A DNA stretch of 8,009 nt from Octopus sinensis (taxonomy: Eukaryota): the NCBI RefSeq assembly GCF_006345805.1, contig NW_021828591.1, positions 1 to 8,009 of the forward strand, given 5' to 3'. Below the pieces are notes generated by a model. That model ran no database searches. It saw only the letters and a list, made by a program, of their open reading frames with translations, and was not told the DNA's origin. The position numbers and the translations under genes were made by a program. Numbering within the stretch: position 1 is the stretch's first letter; every line of letters starts with the position of its first letter. Below are positions 6,137 through 8,009 of the stretch, in pieces.

Positions 6137-6600
6137 ATGCGCTTTGTGTGCATGTGTGTGTGTGTGTGTTTGTGTATGTGTGTGTGCATGTGTGTGTGGT
6201 GTTGCATGTGTGTGTGTGTGCATGCGGGCGTGTGTGCATGTGTGTGTGTGTGTGTTGTTTGTGTGTTTGTGTATGTGTGTGTGAATGTGTGTGTGTGTGC
6301 ATGTGTGTGTGCATGCGTGTGTGCATGTGTGGTGTGTGTGTGTGTGTGTGTTTGTGTATGTGTGTGTGCTGTGTGTGTGTGTGCATGTTGTGTGTGCATG
6401 CGTGTGTGCATGTGTGTGTGTGTGTGTTTGTGTATGTGTGTGTGCATGTGTGTGTGTGTGCATGTGTGTGTGTGTGCATGCGTGTGTGCATGTGTGTGTG
6501 TGTGTGTGTGTGTTTGTGTATGTGTGTGTGCATGTGTGTGTGTGTGTTGTGTGTGTGTGTGTGCGTGTTTGTGTGTGCATGTGTGTGTGTGTGTGTGTGT
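6088..6600. repeat. (GT)n tract punctuated by GCAT, with five higher-order units
   Basis: TTTGTGTATG recurs at 6169, 6266, 6351, 6427 and 6513. The tract generates the CVCV/HTHT ORFs. Confidence 0.95.
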
Positions 6601-6603
6601 AAA

Positions 6604-6885
6604 GGCGAATGGCATAGTGGGTTAGGACGTTGCACTCACAATTGTGATATTGTGGGTTCAATTCCCAGCCTGGGTGTTGTCTTGTATTTTTGAGCAAACC
6701 ATTTCATTTCATGTTGCACTGTGATAATTTCGTCATCTAACATGTGGCGCAACATGCAACCACACAAGTATGGTTGATTCAATGCATGGAGCGAGTTTAT
6801 GTGAACACAAACATTTGATCACCATAAACAAATCACCTGTTTGTTTGTTCAACAAGTAATTGCAGAACCCCTCATCTGTCGCCTA
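6604..6885 (+). mobile_element. tRNA-derived SINE (further family)
   Basis: A box TGGCATAGTGG (6610-6620), B box GGTTCAATTCC (6655-6665), post-tRNA TTGAGCAAACC, and an end in a TA-rich tract near 6886-6898. The 3' boundary is approximate. Confidence 0.72.
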
Positions 6886-6897
6886 TCTATATATATA

Positions 6898-7865
6898 CAT
6901 AGTAAAAAAAGTGGATATGAGGTAACAGATGCTTGGCTCCGACATACACCAGGAAAGGTAATGGACGGAAATGGGAAAGCAAAAATCCCCTGGGACTTTG
7001 ACTTCCAGATAGACAAGGTGTTAGAGCACTGAAGGCTGGATATACTCTCTTTACTCTTTTACTTGTTTCAGTGATTTGACTGCGGCCATGCTGGAGCACC
7101 GCCTTTATAGTCAAGCAAATCGACTCCGGGACTTATTCTTTGTAAACCCAGTACTTATTCTATTGGTCTCTTTTGCCGAACCGCTAAGTGAAGGGGACGT
7201 AAACACACCAGCATCGGTCGTCAAGCAATGCTAGGGGGACAATCACAGACACACAAACACACACACACATATATATATATATATACATATATACGACGGG
7301 CTTCTTTCAGTTTCCGTCTACCAAATCCACTCACAAGGCATTGGTCGGTCCAGGGCTATAGCAGAAGACACTTGCCCAAGATGTCACACAGTGGGACTGA
7401 ACCCGGAACTACGTGGTTGGTTAGCAAGCTACTTACCACATAGCCACTCCCGCGCCTATATAGAAGCCTTTAGGAAGGATAAACAAGAGTGCCTAATAAT
7501 CGATGTGGCAGTGCCAGGAGATCAATATGTTATCATGAGAGAAAGAGAAAATATTGATAAATATGGAACCTGAGAATTGAAATAGCCAAGATGTGGCAGC
7601 TACAAGAATCAAACAGAAAGGTTGTCCCTGTTGTTATTGGAACATTGGGTTCAATACCACCCAAGCTGAAGAAACATCTGGAAACTTTAGAAGCACCCTG
7701 CAATCTTGGTGTATTGCAAAAATTGGCTTTACTTGGAACTGCATGCATATTGCGTAAAGTACTGTCTGTCTGAGGTCCTTGTTGTGACTTGACAGACAGT
7801 GCAAACCCACAAAGACATAATACCTTCAATCTACATCATAACATTGGATACTGTGCGGCATCTTC
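6898..7865 (+). mobile_element. 5'-truncated R4/Dong-type LINE: restriction-like endonuclease domain plus 3' UTR, interrupted by a SINE
   Basis: 6898-7044 reads HSKKSGYEVTDAWLRHTPGKVMDGNGKAKIPWDFDFQIDKVLEH*RLDI. 7463-7773 reads EAFRKDKQECLIIDVAVPGDQYVIMRERENIDKYG/LRIEIAKMWQLQESNRKVVPVVIGTLGSIPPKLKKHLETLEAPCNLGVLQKLALLGTACILRKVLSV*. Motifs WDF..QTD....RPDI, IIDVAVP.D, K..KY and LLGTA.ILR are typical of R4-clade RLE domains. There is a 1-nt deletion near 7570, and the 3' UTR runs into (AAT)n. Confidence 0.9.
7045..7457 (-). mobile_element. Full-length tRNA-derived, microsatellite-containing SINE
   Basis: Minus-strand A box TGGCTATGTGG (plus 7436-7446), B box GGTTCAGTCC (plus 7394-7403), internal (TA)n(TG)n at 7244-7293, and a 3' tail of AAAGAG(T)A-type repeats. 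Putative TSD ATATA at 7040-7044 and 7458-7462. Confidence 0.92.
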
Positions 7866-7877
7866 AATAATAATAGC

Positions 7878-7921
<44 letters not shown>

Positions 7922-7989
7922 TATAATAATGATAATAATAATAATAATATAATGATAATAATAATAAGATAATAATAATAATAATAAAT
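7866..7989. repeat. (AAT)n microsatellite / LINE tail
   Basis: Directly visible, ~40 imperfect units. Confidence 0.97.
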
Positions 7990-8009
7990 GCCCTGATGCA
8001 GTACCAGGC
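7990..8009 (+). mobile_element. Start of a second copy of element X (cut by window edge)
   Basis: GCCCTGATGCAGTACCAGGC; the last 10 nt are identical to 121-130 and sit in the same post-AAT context. Only 10 bp overlap is testable here. Confidence 0.45.

Noticed and set aside
5850-6697. Cys/Val- and His/Thr-rich ORFs of 178-261 aa
   Set aside because: These are (GT)n tract translations in all six frames, spanning SINE sequence.

Overview
This is repeat-saturated, non-genic eukaryotic DNA with no intact protein-coding gene, RNA gene, CRISPR array or prokaryotic system. The SINE and LINE types and the microsatellite load resemble what I recall from coleoid cephalopod (Octopus) genomes; this is recollection, not a search result. 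The long ORFs in the track (THTH, CVCV, poly-S/V/L) are microsatellite read-throughs. The window is a stack of transposon fossils. (1) A DD37D (maT-type) Tc1/mariner transposase on the minus strand (about 3391-5022) can be rebuilt by removing two SINEs and a young CR1 LINE tail flanked by a 7-bp TSD. (2) The endonuclease end of an R4/Dong-type LINE (6898-7865) is split next to its PD motif by a full-length antisense SINE. (3) There is an L1/Tx1-like remnant, a ~550-bp RTE-like non-autonomous element, and several tRNA-derived SINEs, including three copies of a family that carries an internal microsatellite. (4) Two GT-rich tracts have higher-order minisatellite structure. The main stretch not explained by a known element type is a 320-bp tandem duplication (5277-5945). 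Its core keeps an ATG-less ~55-codon frame open in both copies. I found no evidence for a new functional system; the findings concern transposon and repeat biology.
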